Notes: generated by a model not told the origin, from the sequence alone. DNA of 55,426 nt from Candidatus Kaiserbacteria bacterium CG10_big_fil_rev_8_21_14_0_10_49_17 (GCA_002778575.1 PFBJ01000006.1:1-55426), one strand, 5' to 3'; shown: positions 44,194 through 54,724, counted from the stretch's first letter. Made by a program: numbers and translations.

Positions 44194-44613
44194 ATGGAGT
44201 TTGACGTACAAATCTTAGCAGTGGTTGCGGCGGCAGTGGCCAACATGGCTATTGGTTTTTTGTGGTACCACGACATGCTCTTTGGCAAGCAGTGGCGTAA
44301 AGCGGCTGGTTTCCAAGAGGGCGATTCAGCAAAGGTGCAACAGAAAGCGACAATGGCGCGCTCTGTGGGTATCGGCCTCCTCTCAATGGGTGTCATGGCT
44401 TATGTTTTAAGCCATTTCGCCACCCTCTGGGGTGCTGTTGGAGTAGTCGATGCCCTCGTATTCGGTTTTTGGGTGTGGCTTGGATTTCAGGCAACAATTC
44501 AAATCGGTGATGTTCTATGGGGAATGAAGCCGTGGAAATTTTTCCTCATCAATGCGGGGTACCAGCTCATCGCGACAGAAGTCGTGGCACTCATCCTCGT
44601 CCTCTGGACTTAA
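44194..44613 (+). CDS. DUF1761-like membrane protein
   Basis: 139 aa with ILAVVAAAVANMAIGFLWYHDMLFGKQW. Confidence 0.6.
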   Translation: MEFDVQILAVVAAAVANMAIGFLWYHDMLFGKQWRKAAGFQEGDSAKVQQKATMARSVGIGLLSMGVMAYVLSHFATLWGAVGVVDALVFGFWVWLGFQATIQIGDVLWGMKPWKFFLINAGYQLIATEVVALILVLWT

Positions 44614-45311
44614 GCAAAAAGAGACGCCCGTTCTTTTTCTGTCAATTCGCGCACGTCTCCCTCTTTTAGGCGAGCCAATTTGATATCGCCGATTCGCACG
44701 CGCTTCAGGTCGCGCACTTGGTAGCCTAGTGCTGCGCACATACGTCTGATTTGATGCCGCTTTCCCTCGGTAAGTATTAGCGCAAATGTGGTGTCGCTCT
44801 TCTTTTTTATTTTTGCCGGTTTTGTCACATACCCCTCGATGTCGACACCACTCTCCATGTGTCGGAGAAACCAATTTGAATTTTTTTTGTCGACTGTAAC
44901 GCGGTACTCTTTCTCGTGTTCATATTTTGGATTAAGAAGCGAGTCAACTATCCTTCCGTCATTCGTGAGGAGCATGAGTCCACGCGATTCCTTATCGAGA
45001 CGTCCGACAGGGGAAACGTTTTTTCCAAGTCCGCTCACGTCCTCTACCGCTCGTTCACCTTTCTGTGGATTATGAGAAACAATGCCGCGCGGTTTGTTGT
45101 ACGCGAAGTATGTATATGTGTGCGGAAGCGCCGCAATATTTTTTGAAACACTCACAGTGTCTTTCCTCTGTACAATTGATCCAAGCTCTGCAACTTTTCC
45201 GTTTATTGAAACTTCTCCTTTTGCAATAAGCTCATCAGCCTTACGCCTCGAACAGTACCCCATAAGGAGCAAGTAGCGGTTTATGCGTACCGGATATGGA
45301 ATATCGTCCAT
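44610..45311 (-). CDS. pseudouridine synthase (RsuA/RluB family) with an S4 domain
   Basis: VRINRYLLLMGYCSRRKADELIAKGEVSING and GRLDKESRGLMLLTNDG. An alternative GTG start lies at 45329. Confidence 0.85.
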   Translation of the reverse strand: MDDIPYPVRINRYLLLMGYCSRRKADELIAKGEVSINGKVAELGSIVQRKDTVSVSKNIAALPHTYTYFAYNKPRGIVSHNPQKGERAVEDVSGLGKNVSPVGRLDKESRGLMLLTNDGRIVDSLLNPKYEHEKEYRVTVDKKNSNWFLRHMESGVDIEGYVTKPAKIKKKSDTTFALILTEGKRHQIRRMCAALGYQVRDLKRVRIGDIKLARLKEGDVRELTEKERASLFA

Positions 45312-45361
45312 GGTATGTGTAGCGTACACACCTTTTCTCCGCTTTCAAAGGGAAAATCGTA

Positions 45362-45367
45362 TATACT
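45362..45367 (+). promoter_or_regulatory. -10 box TATACT, 6 nt before the ATG at 45374
   Basis: Read directly. Confidence 0.5.
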
Positions 45368-45373
45368 TGGTGC

Positions 45374-45838
45374 ATGCAGAAAACATTCATTACCGCTTTC
45401 ATTGTCTTTATTATGGTTGTTTTCTTTGCGTGGTTGGGGCTTTCAGGACAAGAACCACTCCCTTTTACACCGAATGACGCATTCCTTACCCAGCTCACCA
45501 TTAATGGCACCATAATAAAAGTGACCGTTGCGCGCACACCAGAGGCACTTGAAAGAGGTCTTGGCGGCCGACTGCATCTTGAGGCTAACCAAGGACTTGT
45601 CCTTGCTTTTGGAGAGGACGACTACCACGGTATTTGGATGCAAGACATGCACTTCCCGATAGATATAGTCTGGTTTGATAAAGAGTGGATGGTCGTGGGG
45701 GTAGAGAGATACGTAAATCCAAATACGTGGCCGAAAGTGTTCTACCCACAGGCGCCGGCTCGTTACGTGCTCGAGCTCAATGCCGGAACAACGGAAATAC
45801 ACAAAATTGAAATTGGGGATTCTGCGGCAGTGCGTTAA
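45374..45838 (+). CDS. DUF192-domain protein
   Basis: N-terminal TM, then ARTPEALERGLGGR...GIWMQDMHFPIDIVWFD. Confidence 0.75.
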   Translation: MQKTFITAFIVFIMVVFFAWLGLSGQEPLPFTPNDAFLTQLTINGTIIKVTVARTPEALERGLGGRLHLEANQGLVLAFGEDDYHGIWMQDMHFPIDIVWFDKEWMVVGVERYVNPNTWPKVFYPQAPARYVLELNAGTTEIHKIEIGDSAAVR

Positions 45839-46009
45839 AAAAAGCTCGAGAGACCACTAAGTACAGGCAAAAAATTCCGAGAGATTTTACACTCGGTTTT
45901 TTTTATTTCCTTATACTGTTTTTGAGAGCTTTTCCACAGGCGTGTGCGGAAGCGAAGAGGTAAAATTGTTCCATAGCAGAATTATCAACTCCTAACCCAC
46001 CAGCTACCC

Positions 46010-48358
46010 ATGTCTAAAACAGATGCAAAGGCCAAAGCGAAGGCCGAGGTTGAAAGAATCATGAATGTAAATGTCGATGTGCCCAAAACAGAGCACCTTA
46101 CCTCTGCTGATTACAAAAAATTCGTCCCGAAAATTCAAAAACGAGACGGTTCAATCGTTCCGTTTGACTTTGGCAAGATAGTCACGGCAATTGAAAAGGC
46201 TATGACTGCAACAGGGGAGGGTTCAAAGGAAGAAGCGGTGATGGTGGCGCACCGTGTGGCATCTGACATGGTGCGTATTTCTCGAAAATACCGAAATTTC
46301 ATGCCGACTGTCGAAGGGTGTCAGGATGAGGTAGAGCGTCAGCTGATTCTTGCAGACTATGTTGGCACGTCGAAGGCGTATATTCTCTATCGGGCTGAGC
46401 AGGCAAAAAAGAGAGCGCTTGAGGTAGTTGTTCCAAAAGAGGTAAAAGAAAAAATTGCAGAGAGTAGCAACTACTTCACTTCTCCATATCAGGAATTTAT
46501 TTTCTATCAATTTTATTCAAAGTGGCGCGATGAGCTTGGACGCCGCGAAACATGGATTGAGACAATTGACCGGTACATGGAGTTCATGAAGGAAAATCTC
46601 GGCGAGAAGCTCACCAAGAAAGAGTATGAAGAAGTACGGCAGGGAATTCTTAATCGTGATGTGTGTCCTTCTATGCGACTTCTTTGGTCATCAGGCAAAG
46701 CGTGCCGGGCGACAAATGTTTGCGCGTACAACTGCGCGTACATTGCACCTATTTCGTGGCGCGATCTCTCGGAAATTATGTACGTCTCGATGTGCGGCGC
46801 GGGATGCGGTTTTGCTGTTGAGCCTGAGAACGTAGAAAAATTTCCTCAGATTCAAAAGCAGACGGGTAAAAAAGCAAAAACGATTGTTGTAGAAGATAGT
46901 AAGGTCGGCTGGTGTGAAGCGTTCGTTAAGGCGTGTGAAGCGTGGGCAAATGGAATGGACGTCGACGTCGACTACTCGAAGGTGCGTCCCGCCGGAGCTC
47001 GCCTTAAAACCATGGGCGGTCGCGCATCAGGCCCAGCGCCGTTACAAGAATTGATGAACTTCACAAAGCGCAAAATATTTGCGCGCCAAGGCCGCCGTCT
47101 TACGACGCTCGACCTCCATGACATTATCTGTCAAATCGGTCTCATTGTTGTTGCGGGCGGTGTGCGTCGTTCGGCACTCATTTCACTTTCTTCTTTGGAC
47201 GATGCAGACATGCGGGACGCAAAGAAAGGCTCATTTTGGCAGACTGACGGGCAGCGCTCTATGGCCAACAATTCCGCGGTATATGAGAGCAAACCGTCTG
47301 CAGAAGAGTTTCTGGAAGAATGGACAGCGCTTGTTATGGCACGCAGTGGCGAGAGAGGAATTTTCAATCGTGGTGATCTCGATAAGCAGGTTCCGCAACG
47401 GCGCTGGGAAAAACTAAAAGGGAAGAGTCAGGTTGGAGTAAATCCATGCGGTGAGATATATCTCCGTTCAAAGCAGTTTTGCAACCTCACTTCAATAGTC
47501 GTACGCCCGAAGGACACAATGGAGGATTTGAAGAGAAAGATGCGTCTTGCGACTATTCTCGGAACGTACCAAGCGACACTCACGAATTTCGAATACCTTT
47601 CGAAAGAGTGGAAGGAAAATTGTGAGGAAGAACAGCTTCTTGGATGTTCAATAACCGGTTACTACGATAACAAGCTCGTCCGTGAAGACAAAAACCTTGA
47701 CACCCTTCGCAAAGAGGCAATTAAGACAAATAAAAAGTATGCGAAGCGCTTCAAGGTAAACGAATCAACGGCTATTACATGTGTAAAGCCGCACGGTAAT
47801 TCAGGACAACTTCTCGGTGTCGGGTCTGGAATGCATCCATGGTTTTCCAAGTACTATATCCGCCGAGTTCGCATTAGTGTGAATGACACGCTTCTGAAAC
47901 TTGCTAAAGACCAGGGTGTTCCTGTACATCCAGAAGTTGGGTACTCAACTTCAAATGCGACAACTATGGTGCTTGAATTCCCCTGCAAAGCACCGGAGGG
48001 GGCAGTGGTATCAAAAGACATCTCTGCTTTGGACTTGCTTAAGGAGTGGAGGCGATTAAAGCAACACTTCACGGAACACAATCCGTCAGTAACAATTTAT
48101 GTCGATGACAACGAGTGGCTCTCGGTTGGAAACTTCGTGTATGAGAACTGGGATATTGTCGGCGGGCTTTCGTTCTTGCCACGGACCGACCACGTGTATC
48201 AACTTGCTCCGTATGAAGAAATAACAAAAGAAGAGTATGAACGACGAGTGAAGGCGCTTGGGGAAATAGATTTCTCGAAACTTGTTCTCTACGAACAGCA
48301 GGACAATACAATCGGAGCGAAAGAACTTGCCTGCGCAGGAGGTACGTGTGAAATTTAA
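46010..48358 (+). CDS. nrdJ: adenosylcobalamin-dependent (class II) ribonucleotide reductase with an N-terminal ATP-cone
   Basis: ATP-cone IQKRDGSIVPFDFGKIVTAIEKA, active-site NPCGEIYLRSKQFCNL, and a C-terminal CAGGTCEI tail. Confidence 0.88.
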   Translation: MSKTDAKAKAKAEVERIMNVNVDVPKTEHLTSADYKKFVPKIQKRDGSIVPFDFGKIVTAIEKAMTATGEGSKEEAVMVAHRVASDMVRISRKYRNFMPTVEGCQDEVERQLILADYVGTSKAYILYRAEQAKKRALEVVVPKEVKEKIAESSNYFTSPYQEFIFYQFYSKWRDELGRRETWIETIDRYMEFMKENLGEKLTKKEYEEVRQGILNRDVCPSMRLLWSSGKACRATNVCAYNCAYIAPISWRDLSEIMYVSMCGAGCGFAVEPENVEKFPQIQKQTGKKAKTIVVEDSKVGWCEAFVKACEAWANGMDVDVDYSKVRPAGARLKTMGGRASGPAPLQELMNFTKRKIFARQGRRLTTLDLHDIICQIGLIVVAGGVRRSALISLSSLDDADMRDAKKGSFWQTDGQRSMANNSAVYESKPSAEEFLEEWTALVMARSGERGIFNRGDLDKQVPQRRWEKLKGKSQVGVNPCGEIYLRSKQFCNLTSIVVRPKDTMEDLKRKMRLATILGTYQATLTNFEYLSKEWKENCEEEQLLGCSITGYYDNKLVREDKNLDTLRKEAIKTNKKYAKRFKVNESTAITCVKPHGNSGQLLGVGSGMHPWFSKYYIRRVRISVNDTLLKLAKDQGVPVHPEVGYSTSNATTMVLEFPCKAPEGAVVSKDISALDLLKEWRRLKQHFTEHNPSVTIYVDDNEWLSVGNFVYENWDIVGGLSFLPRTDHVYQLAPYEEITKEEYERRVKALGEIDFSKLVLYEQQDNTIGAKELACAGGTCEI

Positions 48359-48425
48359 CAGACTGAATTCTCACAAACACAATAGAAGCAAACAAGAGCC
48401 CTATTCGGGCTCCTGCTTGACTCAC

Positions 48426-48780
48426 TCGTTGCACTTATAAGCCGGATTCTGTATCTGCAGAGCAGACGATAGTCATTTATCTTGGGTGATTGTCGCCAAC
48501 CACTTCATGCGGCACTCCCAGCTTGCGCTGGGCACGACCTTGCACTCAGGTAGGGATTTAGCCGTTTCAATCTCAGTGTTACCACCAAGACTCATCCGGC
48601 TCCACTGCGCGGAGCCGGATGCCTCTGCCTCTCGGCTCGGGCGTCTCTGTTCGCACCCCGTGGATTACTCCAGGTAGGCGTTACCTACTACCGTACTCCA
48701 TTTAAAAAAATGGGAGTGTCCGGACTTTCCTCACTCAATCTCAGTGCATGGAACTGAGCGCGACTATCCGATGCAACTTT
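48426..48780 (-). ncRNA. rnpB: RNase P RNA (bacterial type A-like); ends approximate
   Basis: The minus strand carries GAGGAAAGTCCGGAC, GGTAACGCCTACC and AGATAAATGACTATCG...ACAGAATCCGGCTTATAAG. P1 pairs GTTGCA with TGCAAC. TGTTATGCT (48785..48793) lies about 7 nt upstream of the 5' end. Confidence 0.9.
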
Positions 48781-48889
48781 AAAGAGCATAACACAATTAA
48801 GAAAAAATTCAAGAGTGTGTGGCAATTTTACTGTGCAGTTGATTCCTTTATACAAAATGTAAAGAAGCGTATAATGGTTCACATAGAAG

Positions 48890-51226
48890 ATGAAAATAAT
48901 TACTATCAGTCATATGAAATCGCTTAGTTGGTGGCAATATGCCATGCTTGCAGGGGCTGTGTTCCTCCTGCCATTTGTCGTTATTCCTGCACTTTCTTTT
49001 CCATTTCAATTCGGGAAGGTATTACTGTTCGCGCTCCCTGTTCTTGCCGCTTTCATTCTTTGGTGTATACATGCCCTTGCAAGTGGGATAATTACGATTC
49101 CTAGAAGCAGTATATTGTACGGCCTTTTTGCTGTAGTGCTGGCATATTTCATTTCTGCGCTCGCCGCGCCGAGTACCACACAATCACTTATCGGCTCAGG
49201 ATCTGAGACAGACACAGCAGCTTTCATCTTCCTCCTCTTTCTTGGCGTATTCATTACGAGTACTGTCGCTCAATCGTCTGCGCGACGCATTTTTCTTCTT
49301 AAAGTGACCGGCATTGCTACACTCATTTCGGCTCTTTTTGTCGGTTTACGGTTGCTGTTCGGAGCAGAATTTCTTTCATTTGGTGTCTTCACTAACGTGA
49401 CATCGAACCTTCTTGGGAAGTGGAATGACCTCGGACTTTTCTTTGGCATTTCTACACTCCTTGCAATGGTCGCGCTCTATAAGAGAGAGGTAATTGGCAA
49501 AAAGAGATGGATTGCGTGGAGCGTTTTCGGTCTCTCACTGATCTTTCTTATCATTGTTAATTTCTCTACCGCGTGGCTCTTACTCGGCATTATTTCTCTC
49601 GGATCGTTTCTTTACGGACTTTTTGGAAGTCGTTTCAAAGCCGGAGAGGAAAACACAAAAGATATTCGAATTCCTGCCCTTATCGTACTTATTGTGAGTA
49701 CTGTGTTTTTCTTTGGAGGCACTGTATTCGGGCCGTTTATTGCAAACGCTCTTGGCATAGCAACAATTGAAGCGCGTCCGTCTTGGGGTAGCACCATTTC
49801 AGTCATGGGAGATGTCTACAGAGACAACGCATTTCTTGGTGCCGGCCCAAACCACTTTAGGAATGAGTGGCATACGAGCAAGCCTGCAGAAGTGAACCAG
49901 TCGTTTTTCTGGGGAACGGATTTCAATGCGGGCGTAAGCACAGTCGCGACATCCGCAATTACCGTTGGCGTGCTCGGCATTCTCGTTTGGATTTTCTTTT
50001 TTGGCGCGTTCGCACGAACGGGTATGCGACTGCTCGGCCGTACGATTGAGAACAAGAAAGAAGCGTATCTACTCACGGCGACATTTGTCGTAAGTTTGTA
50101 CTTGTGGGGTGTGACGCTACTGTATGTCCCCGGCATTGTCCTACTTGCGCTTACTGCAATTTTTACCGGTCTCTTTATTGCGAGCGGAATGAGTAGCAAC
50201 AGTATCAGGAAACAGACTTTCTCATTGCGCGGGAATCCTCGTGCTGGGTTTATTAGTATCGCACTACTTGTCATTCTCCTGATTCTCGCGGCAGTGGTGG
50301 TATACGGTTTGGGAAGTCGCTACGTAAGCGCGTACCAGCAGCAACGGGCAAATGTCGTTCTTAACCAAAAAGGAGATACGGTAGGAGCTGCCAGCCACTT
50401 GGAATTTGCAAATGCGATCGTAGAAACAGACACCGCGCACCGAGGACTTGTTAATCTGGGGCTTGTTGAATTAAATCGTATTGTTTCAACAGGAGAGCCG
50501 ACCGATGAGACGCGTGCCCAGTTCCAGCAAATTCTTGAAACAACGATCGGGCACGGTACTCGGGCGATAGCGCTTGATCCAAATGACTATCAAAACTGGC
50601 TTGTGCTCGGGCAGGTGTACGAAGCGCTCGTCTCTATTAACGTGGAAGGGGCGTATGAAAATGCGCGAGAGACCTACGACAGAGCGCAGGTACTTAATCC
50701 AACTAATCCGGCTATTCCGCTTCGTATTGCCCGACTTGAACTTGCAAACGGAAATACGGAACAGGCGCTCTCTCGCATCAGTGATGCGCTAACACTGAAA
50801 CGGAATTACACAGAGGCAATTTTTCTCTTGGCACAAATTCAAATTAATGCGGGAAATATCCCAGATGCAATCCGTTCAGTTGAAGCGACTACACTGCTTG
50901 AGCCAAACAACCCTGCGCTCTTTTTCCAGCTCGGCTTGCTTCACTATTCAGAAAACGACTTTGCAGACGCCGCGACGGCGTTTGAGCAGGCAGTGAATCT
51001 GAATGGCGATTACTCAAATGCGCGTTATTTCCTCGGGCTTGCGTACCACCAACTCAATAGAAATAGTGACGCGTTGGCGCAGTTTCAACGGATTGCAGAG
51101 TTGAATCCTGAAAATACTGAAGTGCCAGCGATTATTGAGAATATCAAAGCCGGGAACGAGCCGTTTGCGGGCATTACGCCACCAGTACCACCAGAAGAGA
51201 GAGAAGAGCTCCCGGTAGAAGAGTAA
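48890..51226 (+). CDS. polytopic membrane protein (O-antigen-ligase/Wzy-like) fused to C-terminal TPR repeats
   Basis: 778 aa with about 12 TM segments, then repeated TPR-like units (for example YSNARYFLGLAYHQLNRNSDALAQFQRIAELNPEN). Confidence 0.65.
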   Translation: MKIITISHMKSLSWWQYAMLAGAVFLLPFVVIPALSFPFQFGKVLLFALPVLAAFILWCIHALASGIITIPRSSILYGLFAVVLAYFISALAAPSTTQSLIGSGSETDTAAFIFLLFLGVFITSTVAQSSARRIFLLKVTGIATLISALFVGLRLLFGAEFLSFGVFTNVTSNLLGKWNDLGLFFGISTLLAMVALYKREVIGKKRWIAWSVFGLSLIFLIIVNFSTAWLLLGIISLGSFLYGLFGSRFKAGEENTKDIRIPALIVLIVSTVFFFGGTVFGPFIANALGIATIEARPSWGSTISVMGDVYRDNAFLGAGPNHFRNEWHTSKPAEVNQSFFWGTDFNAGVSTVATSAITVGVLGILVWIFFFGAFARTGMRLLGRTIENKKEAYLLTATFVVSLYLWGVTLLYVPGIVLLALTAIFTGLFIASGMSSNSIRKQTFSLRGNPRAGFISIALLVILLILAAVVVYGLGSRYVSAYQQQRANVVLNQKGDTVGAASHLEFANAIVETDTAHRGLVNLGLVELNRIVSTGEPTDETRAQFQQILETTIGHGTRAIALDPNDYQNWLVLGQVYEALVSINVEGAYENARETYDRAQVLNPTNPAIPLRIARLELANGNTEQALSRISDALTLKRNYTEAIFLLAQIQINAGNIPDAIRSVEATTLLEPNNPALFFQLGLLHYSENDFADAATAFEQAVNLNGDYSNARYFLGLAYHQLNRNSDALAQFQRIAELNPENTEVPAIIENIKAGNEPFAGITPPVPPEEREELPVEE

Positions 51227-51227
51227 A

Positions 51228-52898
51228 ATGGTCCGACGAATATTCGGACTCCTCCAAAGAGAAGTACGCGGCATGCACAATGCTGCGTACCTTCTTGCCG
51301 CTTTTTCACTTTCTGCCGCGGCGCTCGGACTTATTCGTGACAGGGTGCTCGCGCATCTCTTTGGAGCGGGGGGTTTGCTTGATGTATATTACGCGTCATT
51401 TAAGGTCCCTGATCTTATTTTTATTGCTGTTGCGTCTCTCTTTTCACTCTACGCCGTTATCCCGTTTTTGAATAATACGGATGATGTGAAAGCCCGCCAA
51501 TTTATTGGAGGTATTATCGCATTTTTTCTCCTTGCTTCCGGCGCCATTGCATCTATTGCATGTATCACTGCACCATTACTTCTTCCACTCCTTTTTCCTG
51601 AACTAGCCAAAGGTGAGTATGCGACTGAACTTGTTGTGTTGACACGCTTGCTCCTTCTTCAGCCTATTCTCCTCGGGCTTTCAGGAATAGTTGCGGCTGT
51701 AACACAAACATATGGACGATTCGCACTCTATGCCATCGGCCCATTGCTTTACAATGCCGGAATAATAGTTGGCGCCTACGCTCTTTACCCATCAATCGGT
51801 GTGCTCGGTCTGGGTTACGGTGTTCTTATCGGCGCTGTCATGCACCTTGCCATTCAAATACCATTTGCAGTGGAAAACGGTTTTCTCGCACTCCGCTCGC
51901 TTAAGCCGGCTCTCTTTGAAGCACTCTTAGTCATGCGTCTGTCACTGCCACGGACGCTTGCTATAACGTCTCACCATGTCGCGCTTTTTATACTCCTTAT
52001 TCTCGCCGCCCGTCTCTCTGAAGGCTCGGTTGCGGTATTTACCTTTGCCATGAATCTTCAGGCGGTACCGCTTGCGATGATTGGCGCGAGTTACTCCGTG
52101 GCGGCATTCCCGACACTCGCGCGCCTCTTTGCCAGCGGTGAGCAAAAGCAGTTCCTTGATAATTTTAGCGCCGCGATGCGGCATATTATTTTTTGGTCTG
52201 CGCCAATTACCGTCTTTGTTATAGTACTCCGTGCTCAGATTGTACGAGTGGTGCTCGGTTCAGGCGCATTTGATTGGACGGATACGCGCCTTACTGCAGC
52301 GGCGCTTGCGCTTTTTATCATCGGCCTCACGGCAGAGTCGTTAGTGCTCCTCTTCTCTCGTGGGTACTACGCGGCTGGGAAAACCCGAATCCCGTTTATT
52401 ATCGGGACCCTGTCTGCTGTTCTTACTGTTGTTTTGGCAATACTGTTCCTTGGGTACATGCAGGAAAGTACGCTTTTCGGAGAGTGGCTTGCCCGCGCGT
52501 TGCGAGTCACTGATATTGAAGGAGTCTCTGTTATTGTGCTGCCGTTGGCGCATTCCATAGGTATCATTGCGCAATTTTTGCTCTTATTCTTCCTGTTTCG
52601 TAAAACTGTGGGGAAGATTTCAATCCGCCTTGGAAGAATGCTTGCGGATATTGGCATGGCAAGTGTCGTCTCCGGCGGTGTTACATACGGACTTTTGCAG
52701 TACCTTAATACAATTTTTGACATTAACACGTTCTCAGGCATTTTCAGCCAAGGAGTGCTCGCAGGGCTTTCAGGGGTACTCGCGTATATTGCCGTACTCC
52801 TTTTGCTTAACAATAGGGAGATTACGGAAGCGTATCGTGCGCTTCGCTCAAAGTTTTGGAAAGTTGAAGCAGTTGCTTCTGATCAGTCTGAGCTGTAG
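51228..52898 (+). CDS. murJ: lipid II flippase MurJ
   Basis: 556 aa, polytopic. N-terminal GLIRDRVLAHLFGAGGLLDVYYASFKVPD is typical of MurJ/MviN. Confidence 0.85.
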   Translation: MVRRIFGLLQREVRGMHNAAYLLAAFSLSAAALGLIRDRVLAHLFGAGGLLDVYYASFKVPDLIFIAVASLFSLYAVIPFLNNTDDVKARQFIGGIIAFFLLASGAIASIACITAPLLLPLLFPELAKGEYATELVVLTRLLLLQPILLGLSGIVAAVTQTYGRFALYAIGPLLYNAGIIVGAYALYPSIGVLGLGYGVLIGAVMHLAIQIPFAVENGFLALRSLKPALFEALLVMRLSLPRTLAITSHHVALFILLILAARLSEGSVAVFTFAMNLQAVPLAMIGASYSVAAFPTLARLFASGEQKQFLDNFSAAMRHIIFWSAPITVFVIVLRAQIVRVVLGSGAFDWTDTRLTAAALALFIIGLTAESLVLLFSRGYYAAGKTRIPFIIGTLSAVLTVVLAILFLGYMQESTLFGEWLARALRVTDIEGVSVIVLPLAHSIGIIAQFLLLFFLFRKTVGKISIRLGRMLADIGMASVVSGGVTYGLLQYLNTIFDINTFSGIFSQGVLAGLSGVLAYIAVLLLLNNREITEAYRALRSKFWKVEAVASDQSEL

Positions 52899-52909
52899 AG
52901 TGATGACCT

Positions 52910-54706
52910 ATGGACCTCTCCCATATACGAAATTTCAGCATCATTGCCCATATTGACCATGGGAAGTCGACGCTTGCCGATAGAATGCTCGATGCAACCG
53001 GAACGGTAGAACGGCGCAAGATGCAAGAGCAAGTGCTTGATAGGATGGACCTTGAACGGGAACGGGGAATTACTATTAAAATGCAGCCGGTACGGATGCG
53101 GTACGAGCACGAGGGAGCTGAGTATGAACTTAACCTCATCGACACTCCCGGGCACATTGATTTCGCGTATGAAGTCTCTCGAGCACTAAAGGCGGTTGAA
53201 GGTGTTGTGCTTCTTGTTGATTCAACACAGGGTGTCCAAGCGCAGACGCTTTCAACCCTCGCGCTCGCGCAGGAGCACGGGCTGGTTATCATTCCAGTGC
53301 TCTCAAAAGTTGATGCACCGCTCGCCCGTGTTGATGAAGTAAAAGAAGAGTTGGCAAAACTACTCAGTGTAGAGAAGAGCTCTGTGCTCGAGAGCTCTGG
53401 CAAGACTGGTATCGGTGTTCCAGAGATCCTCAGCGCTGTTGTTGAACGGATACCACCACCACAGACAACACTTACGAACAATGACTGCAGGGCACTTATT
53501 TTCGACTTTCAGTACTCAGATCACCGGGGCGTAATAGTTTTTGTTCGCATTTTCGACGGCACTCTTAAGAAAGGCGCGACGCTTTCATTTGCGGCCGCCA
53601 ATTCGAATTTTCAGGCCCTTGAAGTGGGAATTTTTACACCTGATGAAAAAGCTGTACCGGAACTCTCAGCAGGTGAGATCGGGTACATTGTCACTGGAAT
53701 TAAAGAGCCTGGTGTGGCTTCGGTTGGTGACACAGTCATTAACCGTGGGAGCAATACACAAGGTCTTTCAGGATATATGGAGCCTTCACCGGTTATATGG
53801 GCATCAGTTTTTCCAGAGAGCCAAGATGATTTTGTACCGCTTCGCCAAGCGCTCGAGCGCCTCAAGCTCTCTGACTCATCGCTTTCATACGAGGAAGAGT
53901 CCTCAGGTGTTATGGGTCGGGGATTTCGGTGTGGCTTCCTCGGAATGCTCCATTTGGAAATTGTGACCGAGCGTCTTCGGAGGGAATTTGATCTCGAGTT
54001 GGTTGTTACGACACCTTCTATCACATATGAAATAGAGCGAAAAGGAAAGAGGGAGCAGATTTATTCACCCGCAAAGTTCCCAAGCGACAGCTCGATTGAT
54101 GCGGTTTATGAGCCGTGGGTATCGGTCAAGCTCATTACACCTGCCGAGTACGTGGGTTTTATTGTGACGCTCCTCTATGAACATGAAGGGGATGTAAAGG
54201 ACACTGAGACATTCCCGGATGGGCGCACGCTTCTTCGGGTTGAAATGCCGCTTCGCGAGCTTATGCGGCACTTTTTCGATCGTCTTAAAAGTGTCTCTTC
54301 TGGGTTTGCATCAATTTCGTACGAACTTATCGGCATGCGTAAAGCAGATGTCGCGAAGCTTGAGGTGCTTGTCGCGGAAGAGGTCGTGCCGGCATTTTCG
54401 CGCATTATTTCAAAACGACGTATTGAGGTTGAGGGCCGTGAGTTGGTTGAGCGACTCCATGAACTTTTGCCGAGACAAATGATCGTGGTTAAAATTCAGG
54501 CGCAAGCACTCGGGCGCATTATCGCATCAAAAAAGCTTCCAGCGCTTCGCAAAGATGTCACTGCGAAACTCTACGGAGGAGACGTGACTCGCAAACGAAA
54601 GCTTCTTGAGAAACAAAAGAAGGGGAAGAAGAAAATGCAGGGGATGGCAAAGGTGGACATCCCACACGATGTCTTTATGAAGGTAATGCGGGGAGGGGAG
54701 AAGTAA
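52910..54706 (+). CDS. lepA: elongation factor 4 (LepA)
   Basis: IRNFSIIAHIDHGKSTLADR, DTPGHIDF, and the LepA-specific C-terminal domain. Confidence 0.96.
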   Translation: MDLSHIRNFSIIAHIDHGKSTLADRMLDATGTVERRKMQEQVLDRMDLERERGITIKMQPVRMRYEHEGAEYELNLIDTPGHIDFAYEVSRALKAVEGVVLLVDSTQGVQAQTLSTLALAQEHGLVIIPVLSKVDAPLARVDEVKEELAKLLSVEKSSVLESSGKTGIGVPEILSAVVERIPPPQTTLTNNDCRALIFDFQYSDHRGVIVFVRIFDGTLKKGATLSFAAANSNFQALEVGIFTPDEKAVPELSAGEIGYIVTGIKEPGVASVGDTVINRGSNTQGLSGYMEPSPVIWASVFPESQDDFVPLRQALERLKLSDSSLSYEEESSGVMGRGFRCGFLGMLHLEIVTERLRREFDLELVVTTPSITYEIERKGKREQIYSPAKFPSDSSIDAVYEPWVSVKLITPAEYVGFIVTLLYEHEGDVKDTETFPDGRTLLRVEMPLRELMRHFFDRLKSVSSGFASISYELIGMRKADVAKLEVLVAEEVVPAFSRIISKRRIEVEGRELVERLHELLPRQMIVVKIQAQALGRIIASKKLPALRKDVTAKLYGGDVTRKRKLLEKQKKGKKKMQGMAKVDIPHDVFMKVMRGGEK

Positions 54707-54724
54707 CCAAGGTGAGTAAATAGC

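Noticed and set aside
45839-46009. Cobalamin riboswitch or NrdR box upstream of nrdJ
   Set aside because: The region is too short, and no B12-box-like or NrdR-box-like sequence could be recognised by eye. It is kept only as a low-interest note about a long leader.
48486-48882. Two ORFs of 63-64 aa (48486..48677 plus, 48688..48882 minus)
   Set aside because: They lie inside or over the RNase P RNA gene and its promoter. The conserved rnpB motifs explain the region.
52822-53481. 219-aa minus-strand ORF
   Set aside because: It is antisense to the lepA GTPase domain. It is Ser-rich and low in complexity.
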